Assembly (NCBI GenBank): GCA_026026165.1
Contig: JAPEUD010000047.1
Span: 1 to 64,000 of the forward strand
Source of the DNA: Sarea resinae
Taxonomy: Eukaryota
Direction of reading: 5' to 3'
Length of the DNA: 64,000 nucleotides
Positions 14,801 to 26,658 of this stretch are shown here, one piece after another. Under the pieces are notes generated by a model that ran no database searches, was not told where the DNA came from, and saw nothing but the letters and a program-made list of their open reading frames with translations. Each line of letters begins with the position of its first letter. The stretch's first letter is position 1. A program made the translations under genes and the position numbers.

Positions 14801-15388
14801 TTTTTCGCAATAGAGTCGCCATGCTTCTTCATAGTTGTCTTTTCGATTCGCACGAAGGAGTTCGCGTAAGAGGTCTGTAGCTCCAGGACCGCGATCTTGC
14901 TTGGTCACTAGAAGTGCCGTATCTGAGGTATTTCTTTCATGCGGTTGAAATGAATTTGAAGATGCGCCCATCAGATCAGAGTCATCGTCAGATTTTCTAA
15001 CCGTGTCCACGGCTAGAGACGAATATGATCGAGATGCACTTTGGGCTCCAATCCTCTTCCGATGAGACCGTGAATGCTCTGACGTGCATGCCGAGAAATG
15101 CTTGATTAAAGCCAACGTCTGTGCCGGGTATAAGAAATCCAGGAGCAAAGCCCCAGGAGCAGAAGAAGATCCACCCTGCGACTTGCTTGAGGTGGCACAT
15201 GGCTGCGCACTACCGACCGGCTCAACCCTCTCTAGCATCGTCGTACACCATGATTGCAGGTCCAGGTCAGCAGCACCATGATACCAGAAAGCCGCATGTA
15301 AAGCCCGCCGACTCGTGGTAGGTCTCTTGGACTCGCGAAGGAGACGCCGTCCCCCGACCTTGAGGCATCCCGCAGCTTGCTCCAGCAT
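11870..15388 (-). CDS. cya5: Mitochondrial PPR protein, COX1 translational activator-like (Cya5/Pet309 family)
   Basis: Single 1172-aa ORF; basic presequence with 'LHAAFWYHGA' and 'LDFLYP'; PPR repeats ('PNLDCWNVLIHAY', 'PDEYTFGPLM', 'MWNTLLTAY'); C-terminal 'AVRAVKIMPRIDD'. Confidence 0.82.
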   Translation of the reverse strand: MLEQAAGCLKVGGRRLLRESKRPTTSRRALHAAFWYHGAADLDLQSWCTTMLERVEPVGSAQPCATSSKSQGGSSSAPGALLLDFLYPAQTLALIKHFSACTSEHSRSHRKRIGAQSASRSYSSLAVDTVRKSDDDSDLMGASSNSFQPHERNTSDTALLVTKQDRGPGATDLLRELLRANRKDNYEEAWRLYCEKARRKRTKVQSPELWRNQSDKLLVAELLEYFSTSTRLVDAERSVELFESLPEAKPSKSVYTFAIAALMKLGRLDEAIELNRIALGRVKGPFWTESLFTAAVEKGDWPHAMRLREDLLKYSKDGYGEALQSWLDVERLPHFADLALKLANFTEAKLRTLNPDKDESEIRRWKEFTATFQLRASLTQGMGVDRHKIFLLLDELKELSALSHILYHKIMSKLLLNGQGELATQIYDHYLQSRLEPAPLVQDLYEDALSLRTRDRYKFRRTREAQGYQTRTAMNHAASRGDAATVYKLFTELSSQLRISDQENKIENLRMVNIKDVFPLLYVHARRGEVKEAAKQFSRISEEYHLTPNLDCWNVLIHAYTRIEDVKGAYRCFKDLLAAGIKPDEYTFGPLMGLSANRGDIGSVRALLEQAKSMGIKETAPMIGSLVLAYANNNQLEEAEKHAELALTADLKGSKTGMWNTLLTAYALRRDVFATSRIHQRMREAEIPLDGGTYGTVLQTLAMDGHRLESAFKLISVVMPREGITVTASHYAIVMGGFWRTQQPERVVVAHKRMMKRRIKPSLATQVILLKAIAQAETKNFRRERSVRAQESVPESGDILAQTEELLDRMLQDSDASEVAPHEPLKGISKDPIDEAYPSAYFEYLMFCYAKNHNAFDKVGQLYERYLKAVRDLRADGDVKPSIKILTALMISNLRQRRYDDVSRSWALAKLSADRQALNVPLNAGTTSAITESTGSELPSQGQYVLPARRYALALPLNYYLQSLFEADQINVAISVVDELLARGYALTNTNWNTYVQILARKNVPILAFQVCEKALMPGWRGWHVRKLRRGRGSALLKEIPNKSWALSPLRHSNLSGIPDSNQYASSSPATSTSSHAAASAGEPLHLNVPADQADFVPSSVPPPYLDKLSPNYRTMVYLAGALLECRSRALANSEFEHVIATLNAVAPLAVRAVKIMPRIDDDLQADVLARD

Positions 15389-16204
15389 GCCCCGGCAAAT
15401 CGCCGCCCTGCCCGCTCAACCCTTTGCAACACGGGATGAATGAACTATGACGGCTGGAGGAAGTCGAAAGAGGGGACTACCTGTTCAGACCGTGTTAGCA
15501 GCTAGCTCCAAGCTCTACCAGTATCACAGCCGGCGGTGATCGTAGGAGGACACGGATAGGCAATGTTCAACGTAGGAGACAAAGCAATGAGGGCTAATAT
15601 GGGAGATGGAGGTTGTGGATGCAGCAACGTACCATCCAGCTCCTGTGCCTCTCGCCACGGCAATGTCCAGAAGGGCCCGGATGTAATTAGGCTTTCGACA
15701 GACGGGATGGGGAAAATGATAGAGGCTGGCTAAGGGAGGGGAGATGAATAACTTGAAAGAGAGGTGGAGGGGGGAGGTTGAGGTTTGTTATTTGCCTCTC
15801 GATCTATCAGCCCGAAGTGATGTATACGACTCAGGTGGACGACCATTGGAGCTTCGACTTTCTCCAGAGTTTCTCTCCAGGGCGCCGAGTATTCGTACGA
15901 TGCTGACCATCCGGTTAGGTAAGGCCTCGGGCATGTCGGATCTACTCCGGAATCGGTACTGACAACCTCCTGCACGGGTCGTTGAGCATATCACAGTAGT
16001 GGTAAAGCTACCTCTTCTCGGGTATCGTCTACTCGACCAGGCCGTCCCTCGTCCCTCGTTGCTCGCTTCTGAGCCAAACCCCACTAAATGGCTGTATCAG
16101 CAGTCCGTCAATCATTCAATATCTGTCTGCGCCGTCCGCTCTGACCACCTGTCCATCAACAAACATATCCAGTACTTGGCCTCACCGCAGTGGCCTTAAT
16201 CGCC

Positions 16205-18264
16205 ATGGATATCACCAAGCTGATTAGCACCTCCCGAGAGAATGCCCTCCTCCTGGGAGACTACAATTCCTACCGTGCCCAGCTTTCTCGTCGGCTCCTG
16301 GTCCTCCGCAAGAAGGTCGCCCGTACGTCCCCCAAGGGCAAGAAATATGCCACGAGGCCTGCCATTACAGCCGAGGACCTTGCCTCCAACAGAGCGTCCG
16401 TCTGCCCGTCCGAGATCACCTGTGGGCGAGCATAGCGTTGCTGACGGCATATAGTTTTGTCCATCTCATCCTCCTCACAGCCGAACGAGCCTGGGCGCAG
16501 GCCATGCACATGAAGTCCACGCATGCGGAAAATACAGCGGCCAAGGGGATCTCTGGCTCGACGAGGAGGCACGTCATTTCTCGGCTCGTCAAGGCCACCA
16601 AGTATGCCAACGAGCTCGTTCGGCTTCTCGAAGACAGGGCCACAACTGGTGCGAGTGACTTCGACGTCCTCGAGGCCCAGGCATACTCTTCGTCTCTTGC
16701 AGGAGCGGCTTCTTTTGAGAAGCAAAGCTGGGAAGAATGCCTGAGAGAATATTCTGTATCGAGGATCATATATGGCGTTCTTGGAAATTCAGCAAAGGAC
16801 GATGTCTTCAAGGATCTTTTGTCGAACACGATCGACCCCAGCATACGCTATGCTGCCTACCAGTCCCGACTCCCTCGAACGATTGCGATCCCCACAGTGG
16901 CAAGACGTCATTTTGACCAATCGAATTCTCAATTAGTGGCATCTCTTGAGAAACTTCAGCCTGGTGCGCTCAGTGAAGATTCGTCGGAGGAGAAAAAGGG
17001 CCTCTCTGCCGAAGCAGAGAGTATTCCTCGAACAATAAGCTGGCGATCCAGGACAGTTGAATTAGAGGATGCCGCCATTGCGCAAGCACTTGCCTCGGTG
17101 GCCGCAGCTGAAGCCGGATTATCTCAATTTCTATCATCCGCCTCCGATTCTCAACTGGCTCCCAAAGATATAGCCGTAGGATACGACGACATTCTTATTG
17201 CCAGTCAAGATGCGGTAGACGCGACCAAACATGCCATTGATGAGCTCCTAGCCGAAGGCGTCAACCAAGGGGATAGGAGAATGCAGGCTTTACAAGTCAC
17301 CCGAACGGCTGTCGGCTATGCAATGATAGGATGGAGAGTGGGGAGAAACCGCATCCTCTTAGGGCAGCAAGATGGGGCTCTGCCACGTGAGACTGGTCCA
17401 CGGAAGCCACGCAAAGCCAGCAAAGGTGGAAAGCAGTGGGTCGAGAAGGAAGAAGGAAATGGTAGAAGACTTGCCAAGCTGAGAGAACAAATCGTACTTC
17501 TTGATGCTACACTCCAGGTATGGACGAATCTCTTGGCGTCATCGATAAATTTACTGATGATTTCAATGATCAGAGTTTGGAGTCGATCAAAGAACTTCCA
17601 GGGGTTGCAGCCGACACGGCGTTTATGGAAGAGCTGGAAGCAAAGCACGCGTATTTCCGAGCGCTTAGGTACGGCTTCCTCCCCAAGCCGATCGGCAACA
17701 AACTTGGCTGACTATACTCTACTGAATAGATGCCTCACCATTGCTCGCTCACACATTGTTCTCTCTCACACCAAAAATGCCCTGGCGCTCCTCTCTCGCG
17801 CCGCCGACATTTCGGCACCAATCTCCTCCCACCTTCCCACTCAAACGTTCTCGCCTTCACAACCTCCAAGCCTTGACGTCTCGCGTGGCCAAGCCGAGAC
17901 ACTGCACCAGCTCCTACAGCAATACGTAGCGCAGCACCGGGCTCTTGTTGAGCTGCAAACGCTCTCCTTGAGCACTCCGAAGAACGGGATGCCTACGTCC
18001 GCTACGTCGCCCCTGATCCAACGCCTTGATGAGTATCCCTCTGGAGAAATCGACCTTACAAACCTCGTGACATATCCTCCGAAGCTGGCGCCCGTGCCGG
18101 TGAAGCCGCTCTTCTTTGACGTGGCTTGGAATTACATCGACTATCCGGGCCGGGTCCAGCAGGTGGTCGCGAATGGGCACGCCGTGGGCCTGGAGAGCGA
18201 GGCCGGCGAGACTGCGCAGGAGAAGAAGGAGGCCAAGAGGGGCTGGTTTGGCTTTGGGAGATAG
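16205..18264 (+). CDS. SRP68: Signal recognition particle subunit SRP68, 4 exons
   Basis: 'MDITKLISTSRENALLLGDYNSYR', 'LLTAERAWAQAMHMK', 'DPSIRYAAYQ', 'PVKPLFFDVAWNYI', C-terminal 'GWFGFGR'; introns near 16396, at 17518-17573 and at 17669-17729. Confidence 0.95.
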
Positions 18265-19088
18265 ACGCAATGGCATTTGATACAGACGCCCGTAGCAATG
18301 GAAAGTGCTCGCAGCACCATGACGTGTTACTACTACTGCGCAATACGTACTACGTACTCGTAGAGCCAGAGTAGGTGTTCGGTACACGACTATTAGCGGC
18401 ATGAATGCGCGGATCGCCAAGTACCGGTCCTTATCGGATCTCCCCTCACTTCCACTGATGAGTACTGTTGTTCGAGTACTCCTCCACTCCGCTCCGCTGC
18501 CTCATCGTGATCCCAACGCGGATCCCTGACCTGGACCTTCTCACCGCAGTTGCGAGGAATGAGAGGGCGGTGTCGTTCTCCTACTCCGTACAATCATCCA
18601 GCGGGTCGTATTCGAGAATCCGGTCCGAGGTCTGACATCACGGGAGAGTGGCAATCACTTGGATCCCTCCCGTCCCCTCCAGTCACTCGTCTCAGCCACA
18701 CCACGTCCATCCGTCCACGCACCACTTCGTAACGTACAGCGTACATCTATCTTGTTCTCCCGCTGTCTACTCCGTACTACGAAGTACCTCACGGCGTCCC
18801 TCCCACCTATGCAGCTGCCCACGGTAGCCCTCGCCACTACTTGACCCCAACGATGCCTGCTCCAATAGCTGCCAAAGGTCAGAGACAATCACAATCGCCA
18901 TCCTAACACACTTGCAGTTCTGATCTCACTTGCTTGATCTTTTTCTATTGCTTGCGTGCCCGTCTGATATCATTTTGCATCTTACCCCGTACCAGACCTG
19001 AGCATTTTACTTCTGGCTTGAAACTCGTCGCTACAGCCACATTCTCCATCGATTGCTGCTCCCACGATCCCCCCACCCTCAATCTATC

Positions 19089-20126
19089 ATGCCTCGTCGT
19101 CTAAACTCACCTGCTCATGTAGGGATCATCATCGCCGCCTCCATAGTCGTGGCCGCCGGCATAGCCGTATACGAGAATCCCCACGTCCGCGAATGGGTCA
19201 ACAACTCTCGCCGCAAGATAGCAGTGGCTCTTCATAACCTCGGCGATGAGATCAATCCACGTCTGAGCCCTACCCAAGAGTCGAGTCAGCCGACTGCAGC
19301 GGGAGGTGGCAGATCTAGAAATGCTCCACCTCCACCACCTCCACCGCGAAGGGAAAGAGGCGACTGGGCTGAGAAACAGGATGATGTGACATCGAAACCT
19401 GGCTTTGATGCTCTCCTGAAAGAAGACGGATCCTTGAAAGATGAACACGCTGTTCGTACCACCGGAACCGACGATGGAGACGACGAGGGACTGCTGCGTC
19501 GACGAATGGACGGCGTACGGGGTCTGAACCGCGGAAGCGTTATCAACTCCTCTTTTCTGGACGAAGACGATAGCCAGGTGCTCTTGGACAAGACCCTCGT
19601 TGGCGCCAACGGAGACGAATGGCTCGCCGAGCAGGGCGCTCGCACCCCAAGACAGAGCTTTGGTGCCTCGTCGACATCGGACCGCCCGTTCCAGTCTTCC
19701 CCATGGACAGACACCAAGTCGCCTACAAGCTCGACCCTCCTAGACAATGAGCAAGAGCCACTCGTGCAACTGGCAACAGACGCAGATTCGTCTCAAAACC
19801 CTCTCCAGCCGGAGACCCTACCACCTCACGCCCTTGCCCCGGAAGACTGGTCCATGAGCGATTGGGAAGGTAGCACGACGGCCTCGAACTATGCGTCCGT
19901 GCACGAAGACCAGAGCAGCGACGGCATGTCCACGCCTCCCGCCGAGGATAACAGCTCCCCCGCAGCCAGCCCGGCTACGCTCTCTGCTGGGTCATCAAAC
20001 CACGGCCACGACGATGCAGCATCACTTGTATCCTTCGGCGACGATTCGGACGTCGGCGGCGTCGGCACTCCCGAGAGCTGGTCCGAGATCGGAAGTGTGG
20101 TCAGCGAGGACGACCATAGGCAATAA
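19089..20126 (+). CDS. Uncharacterised protein with N-terminal transmembrane anchor and long acidic disordered region
   Basis: Intronless ORF; ATG in ATCATG context; hydrophobic 'VGIIIAASIVVAAGIAVY' then 'ENPHVREWVNNSRRKIAVALH'; acidic tail ending 'TPESWSEIGSVVSEDD'. Confidence 0.85.
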   Translation: MPRRLNSPAHVGIIIAASIVVAAGIAVYENPHVREWVNNSRRKIAVALHNLGDEINPRLSPTQESSQPTAAGGGRSRNAPPPPPPPRRERGDWAEKQDDVTSKPGFDALLKEDGSLKDEHAVRTTGTDDGDDEGLLRRRMDGVRGLNRGSVINSSFLDEDDSQVLLDKTLVGANGDEWLAEQGARTPRQSFGASSTSDRPFQSSPWTDTKSPTSSTLLDNEQEPLVQLATDADSSQNPLQPETLPPHALAPEDWSMSDWEGSTTASNYASVHEDQSSDGMSTPPAEDNSSPAASPATLSAGSSNHGHDDAASLVSFGDDSDVGGVGTPESWSEIGSVVSEDDHRQ

Positions 20127-20789
20127 GATGCTCATGAGCGAATGAATCGTTTGAGGGGTCAAGGCATCTGAGATGATGGTGCCGAAGGTGTGGTATCACG
20201 TGGTGTTTCTGTTTTTTTACACGACTCGCCTCTTTTGTTTCGTACTTATGATATACTAAAGCTGCTGGGTTTTGATCTGGGGTCAGCAACAAGGGCGTCT
20301 CACAAGAGGACTGGACTGGACTGGTAAATCTCTCCGCGCGCGCGCGCTAGAAACAACTCTCTGCAGCAGGCGCTCTCTTTTACGTCGATGATCAAGAAAG
20401 CATTTTCCCAAGGGTGCAGTGGCGTTTATTTTGTTTTTTCTAGGACCGACACCGGAAATGGGAAATGGGGGGATGGGGAAAACACTGGAGAGACGGAAAG
20501 GGGGGTAATATGGAATTTTTCTCATAGTGTTTACGGGGCTCGTTTTCCGTTAGGGCATAACAAGGATATCTTCACTTTTATCAATCGTCGTATTTTGGCC
20601 GTGCACGGGAAAAGCAAGCAAGCGTATTTATCGCTCTAGCCATCATGAACTTCTCGAGGGAGACAACGTCAAGGGGAATGGATCCCATACGCAGATGTTC
20701 ACCTGACCTCGCATGTCTTCAAATCCTTCCCACGACCCCGTCCCGTCTCAGCCTCAACCCCCTAAACATACCTACCCACCCCGAGCAAC

Positions 20790-21750
20790 CTAATCTATTC
20801 CGCCCCCCACCGCCCTCCGGACCCTCTCGAGCAGAATCCCACTCTCCCGCCCCAGCTTCCTCTGCCCGTTCCTGCCGCCCTGTCTTGCCTTGGCCATGGC
20901 CCGGCGCCAGCGCTCGCGGTCCTCGATCGCCCGCTCCCTTTCGCGCGCGGCTTGCTCGCGGGCGTGGCGTGCGGCGTCTCGTTCGGCGCGGAGGCGGGCG
21001 GCGGCGGCGGATTCTTTGAGGAAGGGCGTCGGTTTGTGGTGGTTGAGGCGTTGGCGGGGGCGGGTCGCGGGGCAGGGCGCGAGATCTTGTTGCGGGGGGA
21101 GGGCGGGTTTGGGGTGGCGGGCGGCGGCGGTGGTGGTGGTGGTGGTGGCTCCTCTTTCTTGCTGCTGTTCTTCTTCCGGGACCACGGCGGCTTGGTCGGC
21201 GTGCGCTTCTTTCGCTTTGGGTCCGTCGTCGTCGTCGTCGTCGTCGGATTCTTCGTCTGCGGGTGCTCCGTCTTTGCCTTCGCCTTCCCCTTCACCCACG
21301 TTTTCTTCTTCAGCCTCCTCCTCCTCCTCCTCCGCCTTTCGTAGTAGTGGCCGCGCAGCCCGTGCACCCTTCGAGGCGGAGAAGAGCTTGTCGCCCTCGC
21401 GCTTCTTGAGCTTCTCGTACTCCTTCTTCAGCTGCGCTTTGCGGATCAGAGAACGCTTGATCTTCTGGGCTACGTGGGTTTGGCCATGGGTTAGCTGGAG
21501 ATTTTCTCATATCGGTTTCATTGATTGGGATTGGAGATGGCGCTTTTTTTTTTCTGGGGAGAGATGGATGGGGTTGTGGGTTCATGGCGGCGGCATGGGT
21601 GGGTGGGTTTGGGGGGGGGTGTTGTTTACCTTTTCTGCGGTGGGTGCCGTCGGGCAGGTTGGCGGGCCCGACGGAGAACTCGCTTCGCTTTTGCTTCTTG
21701 GTGGACTGGTGATGGTGGTCGTGCTCGTCGAGGGAGCGTTTGGGCGCCAT
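20790..21750 (-). CDS. Fyv7-like rRNA processing protein, 2 exons
   Basis: Exon 1 'FSVGPANLPDGTHRRK' splices to 'AQKIKRSLIRKAQLKKEYEK'; C-terminal 'NGQRKLGRESGILLERVRR' resembles the fungal rRNA_processing (Fyv7) family. Confidence 0.75.
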
Positions 21751-24700
21751 TCTTTGTTTCGGTTTGTCTGTGATAGAAAGTGTGAAGATGGCGATTTCTG
21801 GAGGGATTCTGGCTAGGCGATATAGGTAGGAGACCGTTCAATATGACGCTATGTTCGCAGAAGGTCATGAGACGAGCTGGGATGGGATGGGATTTGATGC
21901 TGGGGTTTTTTCCGTTTGCGCCGGAATCTTGGATGGTGATGGTGTTGTCACTTGGCTGTGAGAAAATCGGACGGCGATTTCCGGTAGGCGGTGTGTGCAA
22001 ATGCGGCCGACACTTCCATTCAGGTCACGCAGTTTTGGGTCGCGGTCATTTTCTTGGACCTTCGGTAAGAGAGAGAGAGAGGCAGGTGGTTTACAGGCTG
22101 TTTATCGTCGAACATCGGATCCAGCTGTCTTCTGAGACGTTCGACGATAAATGCCCGAAACTTGCACAGTGAATTGAGATGCATAGACCCCTTTTTTCTA
22201 GATTCTCCATAGAGACCTGATACTCGACCTCGATGCTCGACGGCAAATGTCACGAAGCCCACCTTGTCGTTGAAGTAGAGTGAAAGACGTTGACCGAAAG
22301 AGAGTACAGAATCGTAGAGCCAGGCGAGGGGCTCAGCGAATATCGATCAAAGTTCAACTAGAATTGTCATACGCCTTGTTCTTGTAAATCCCTACGTTCC
22401 ATTCCAGGCAGTAGGAGGTGAGAGGCATTCGATGAGGACTACTAGAGACGTCCGAGTTCGATGGACATGGGGCCATTCGTCGGACCTGGCACATCGCAAA
22501 AGCTTCAGACGGGATCTATTTTCGACAGAGGCGTTCACAATGAATGTCTCGATCTCAGAGCAATCACAAGAAGACCCGAAGATGGTTGTCCGAATATCGT
22601 GGTCAAAGACCAGAAGCATCGCGTTGCCTTCGCAGCACCATGCTCTTCACCTTTCCCATCGCACGGCCGCGGGACACGCGAAATGCGCACACATCTCCCC
22701 CGGAGGATAAACAGACATCCTTCTCTCGAGGGAAGAGCTGGCCAGCATGCCGCCATACTATAGTACGTGTCCCACACGCAGTACGAGAGCGCCAAAGCTT
22801 CCCGATCGCTTTCGCCCACGAATCGGAATGGGGACCCGACGCCCCTGACAGGGCCGGAACCCCCAAGACTACTCCTACTGAAGTACTTACGGATCACGGA
22901 GACAGGTGCGTCGAATCGACGATGCGGCCCGCCCTGACTTCCAGACGAGCTCGGCCCACTACACTTCGAATGCAGGAGAATAGAGCACTCTACAGACTAC
23001 AGATGGTTGCATTGATCCAATGTCAACAATGAAAAGCACCCTGGGGTTCGCAGCCGAGCAGCCGAGTCGATCGAGGGATGGATTCCCCTACGGTAGGCCT
23101 CGTGTGGGGTAGACGCGACTCTGTGAACACGATCCGTACTCTACATGCTGTCCCTCCCTCGCTCGTCCCCTGTCATCACTTAGGTTGCCCATTCCTGGTG
23201 CAGATGCATGATAGTACGGGGTCTGTATCCATGGATGTGTTCGGCGTGCGCGGTACTCGTATTGCCTTTGCACGTAGAGTACGAGACGAGACGGCACATT
23301 GAACTCGTGGAGCCGGTTCCAGCAAGGGTGTGCGTGCGTGCGTGCGTGCTTTCAGTCAGAAGGCAGATGGCTGCTTCGTCGATGGCTCCAGTACCCTCTA
23401 CCAGGTCCAAGTCAGTGCCGGCCCCATCGAGCATGCAGCAAGAGTGAGGGCGCGTACATGGTATGTAGTACTCCGTAGAGCACGGCGTACTCCACTTTCG
23501 TAATCTATCAAGTATCAGGTACCTTGGTGTTGCAACTTGCACGGCCAGACCGCGCAGCTGACAGTGACAGCAGCAGAGACTGCCGTAGACGGCAGCATCG
23601 TCCGTCGTACGTACCAAGATGACTGGCGATGAGAGGCCCCTGGCCTGCGAAGCCGCATCGGCTGGCGCTTCAGGGCTCTCGGGCAATCATCTTCTGGACG
23701 TCACACCGCCGCCCATCTCGAGCCATCTCGAGCACATCGAGCGATGATGGTCTCCCACTTCATCTCAAGCTAATGCTGGGCCCTGGAGACCTGGAGGAGA
23801 CCAAGACCTTGCTGGCCGGGGGTTTTCCCGCCGCCCTCCTACCCTCGCAACCCTCGTGCACGTCGCAGGAGGGCCATCCTAGATCGATGCGTCTCCCTCT
23901 CTGTACTCTGTATGGGGTACATCGCATGAGCCAATCGTCGATACACGTCCGCGCCGATCAGAGCCTTGCTGTCCCTTCACATCGCATGACTGATGCCCGC
24001 GCAGGCACTCAAGCTAGACTCCCAAGGGAGTCAGAAATGGACAAGGTAGCGGCCGCGATTGCCGTTTTCTGCCTCCATCACTCAATGCTGGACCGGGCAA
24101 CATGATAGTATTCATCATCATACATGGAGAATTGGGACCCATGCATTCCAGGTCGTGAGTTCTGCAGCTACGCGAGTCCTCGATGCGCCTACTGAAGTAC
24201 AGCTTGGAATGTTGGTTCGATGGCAGCCCGGTACAGTGAAATTCCGCGTTATCGCCGTAATTTCCGACGGCAAAATGAAATTAGTGTGCTGCTGCTACTA
24301 GCACTGCTAGTGAAGAGTGGGCGAAAATGAAGAGGAGAAAGGATTGGGCCGGCCTGGAGATCTGAAGAAGAAGAAGAAGGTTGTCTGCTGTGCCTCCTCG
24401 TGGCGAGGATGCAAGACACCATCTTGGGAGCTTGGGAAGGGGCCTTGCCGAATTCCGGGTCGTTGCACGAGCACGAAGAGGCCTTTCTCCACAATTACCG
24501 CATCTGGTCTAAGCTCCCTGACTCTATTCAGACCCCTTGTTTGCCATGCTCAATGCAGTCGATGCTGCCGATTGATGCATCCGATTCTCCTCTGCCCAGA
24601 TGTGCAATATACAGAGGCTCCAAGTTGCCGAGGGCGGTGTCGGGTTGGCTTCCGGCAGCCCTAATTGCATCAAAAACATACGAACATTTCTTGCAAGTCA

Positions 24701-25191
24701 GATGGTAGGGCGATCTGCACCTTTCTTTGTGATCACTAGCCAACGAGGCGAAACCGCCAGCGCCTCTGTCCGTCGCCCTAGCCCGTGATCCAGGGACGAC
24801 GGCCCCAAAGGCAGAAAAGCTTGAGATGTTTTCCCCGCCCTGGGCGTGAATGGTTTCTCATGTTGTAGATGCTAGGCTGGAGTGGCCCTCTTAGTCTGCC
24901 TGTCATACAGAATACATGTTGGTGGTCTATGGGTATTCCTGAAGACTCTTTGGTCCTGCCAATTTTGACACTGTGTACGCCCCTCCTATCCATGTTTTGC
25001 TGGCTGCGACGGAACACCCTCGGGGTTGCCTTCGGCCCACTGATATACGTGATCCTGATACTGAAACTCCGTTGACCCCTTCCGCGAGAGAAACAGTGAA
25101 ACAACGCCTCCTCTATATCCGTCATAACGCGTCAAAAAATTCACACCGGATAACGAGCAAGGCAATGACCTCAACCAGAGAGGGGGAAAAG

Positions 25192-26658
25192 TTATTTTAC
25201 ACTGAATCTCACAGACGCATCGTGCCTCTGAGTAGTAGCTGTGTTGATCGCACCCATGACCTCTTGGAGCAATGGCCCGATCCGCTCCCGAGCGCAAAGA
25301 ACCGTGATTGTAACTTCCTTCCTCGCATTGCCGTCTACCGAACTCTCTATTGATATGTCGTTGCCATAATCAATCGTAGGGAAAGGAGCGGAAGAATTGA
25401 GCGGGTATGCGACAGGATCAAAAAAGTCTGGAGGAGAAGATCGCGACGAAGAAAGCCCCGGATTGTCGCATTGGAGGTCGATAGAATTTCCATCCATAGA
25501 CATATCGTGTGGTAGAATTGGATGCGTTTCCTCTGGGCTGATAGGGCCTGTCAAGAACAAGTCTTTGGAGGCTTGTCCTTGACTCTGATTGGGGTCATGA
25601 TCCAGCAGCCCGACCGTTGGATCGAGAAGGCCCTGCTCAAGAAGTTCCAAATTCATGTCGGATACGGCAAAGTTGGTGGGTTGTGGTGGTGGGCTGGGGA
25701 CGAAATTGTCCATGCCACAATACTGAGTCCCCAAGGTTTCCCGACCGAGCGGCGAGTCTCCGCGGTAGGAATCATGACCGCTTGCTTGACTCATCGTAGC
25801 AGAAGAATCCACCCCCCAGTCATGCTGGGCATTGCGCGATTCCTCGCTCATTTCGGTGGAGGCGATAGAGACTCCACCGTCACTTACCCGTCGGACGCTT
25901 CCCGCGTTTCCTTGGGGCAACGTCTCGTTGGGAGGACAGAAGGTGTTTGTTCGGATTTTTCGAAGCAGAAAAGAGTACCGATTTTTCAATGCTAATGGGC
26001 TCCGGCGCTTGGAGTCAAGACGAGCAATGGTAGTCCAATTGCGGCCGTACACTTCCACATTTCGCACAAGTAGCCTATCCTGATCAACCCAAGCGCGTTA
26101 GAATCTAAGGTGCCAATGTGAAAAGTTGGCCAAAGTGAGGAATGATCGAAAGAGTCCCATAGATGCGCAGAGAGCTGCGCACTTAGAATCGAATGCTTTC
26201 GGATTACTGGAATTGGGAACTCTGGATACGAGGGATTGACGAACCTCTTCTGCTGTCCAGGCACTGTGGTCAATCTTTGGGTTTATTGCATCGTTCCATC
26301 TCTTGGAACATTGATCTCCGTTTCTGCTCCGTACCTCCAATGCCACCTTCGACCACTTCGTACCGATTTTCTTTACGGCTTTACGGAGCCTCTCATCCTC
26401 AACCGATGTCCACGGTCCTTTGCTCACGCAAGCCGCCACCTTGTAATACCACCGCTTCCGGCAATCCTTATTAGTTCGGCCAGGTACGTTCGAAGCGACG
26501 GCGTGCCAGTCTATTGGTTCGGCCTTCGACTCCACTGTGAATACTTAGCTCTTGATGAACGCCAGAAGTCCGTAGACAAGCAATTGCGAACCTTGGGAGA
26601 CAGCTGATCTCAGAAGGGAGTCCTCTGCTGGAGTCCATTTTCTTCTTTCACGTGTCAT
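25192..26658 (-). CDS. Three-repeat Myb-like DNA-binding transcription factor
   Basis: ATG 26658 '[13 protein letters not shown]'; introns 26535-26591 and 26080-26244; repeats '[20 protein letters not shown]', '[11 protein letters not shown]...[10 protein letters not shown]', 'WTAEEDRLL...YGRNWTTIA...LKNRY'. Confidence 0.9.

Noticed and set aside
18450..18490. CTGATGA followed by a GAGTACT...AGTACTC stem, resembling a hammerhead ribozyme core
   Set aside because: The required GAAA after stem II is absent; the stem is part of the common AGTACT texture
22000..25100. Many 60-170 aa ORFs in the long intergenic region
   Set aside because: Overlapping in all frames, no domain signatures or consistent splice structure
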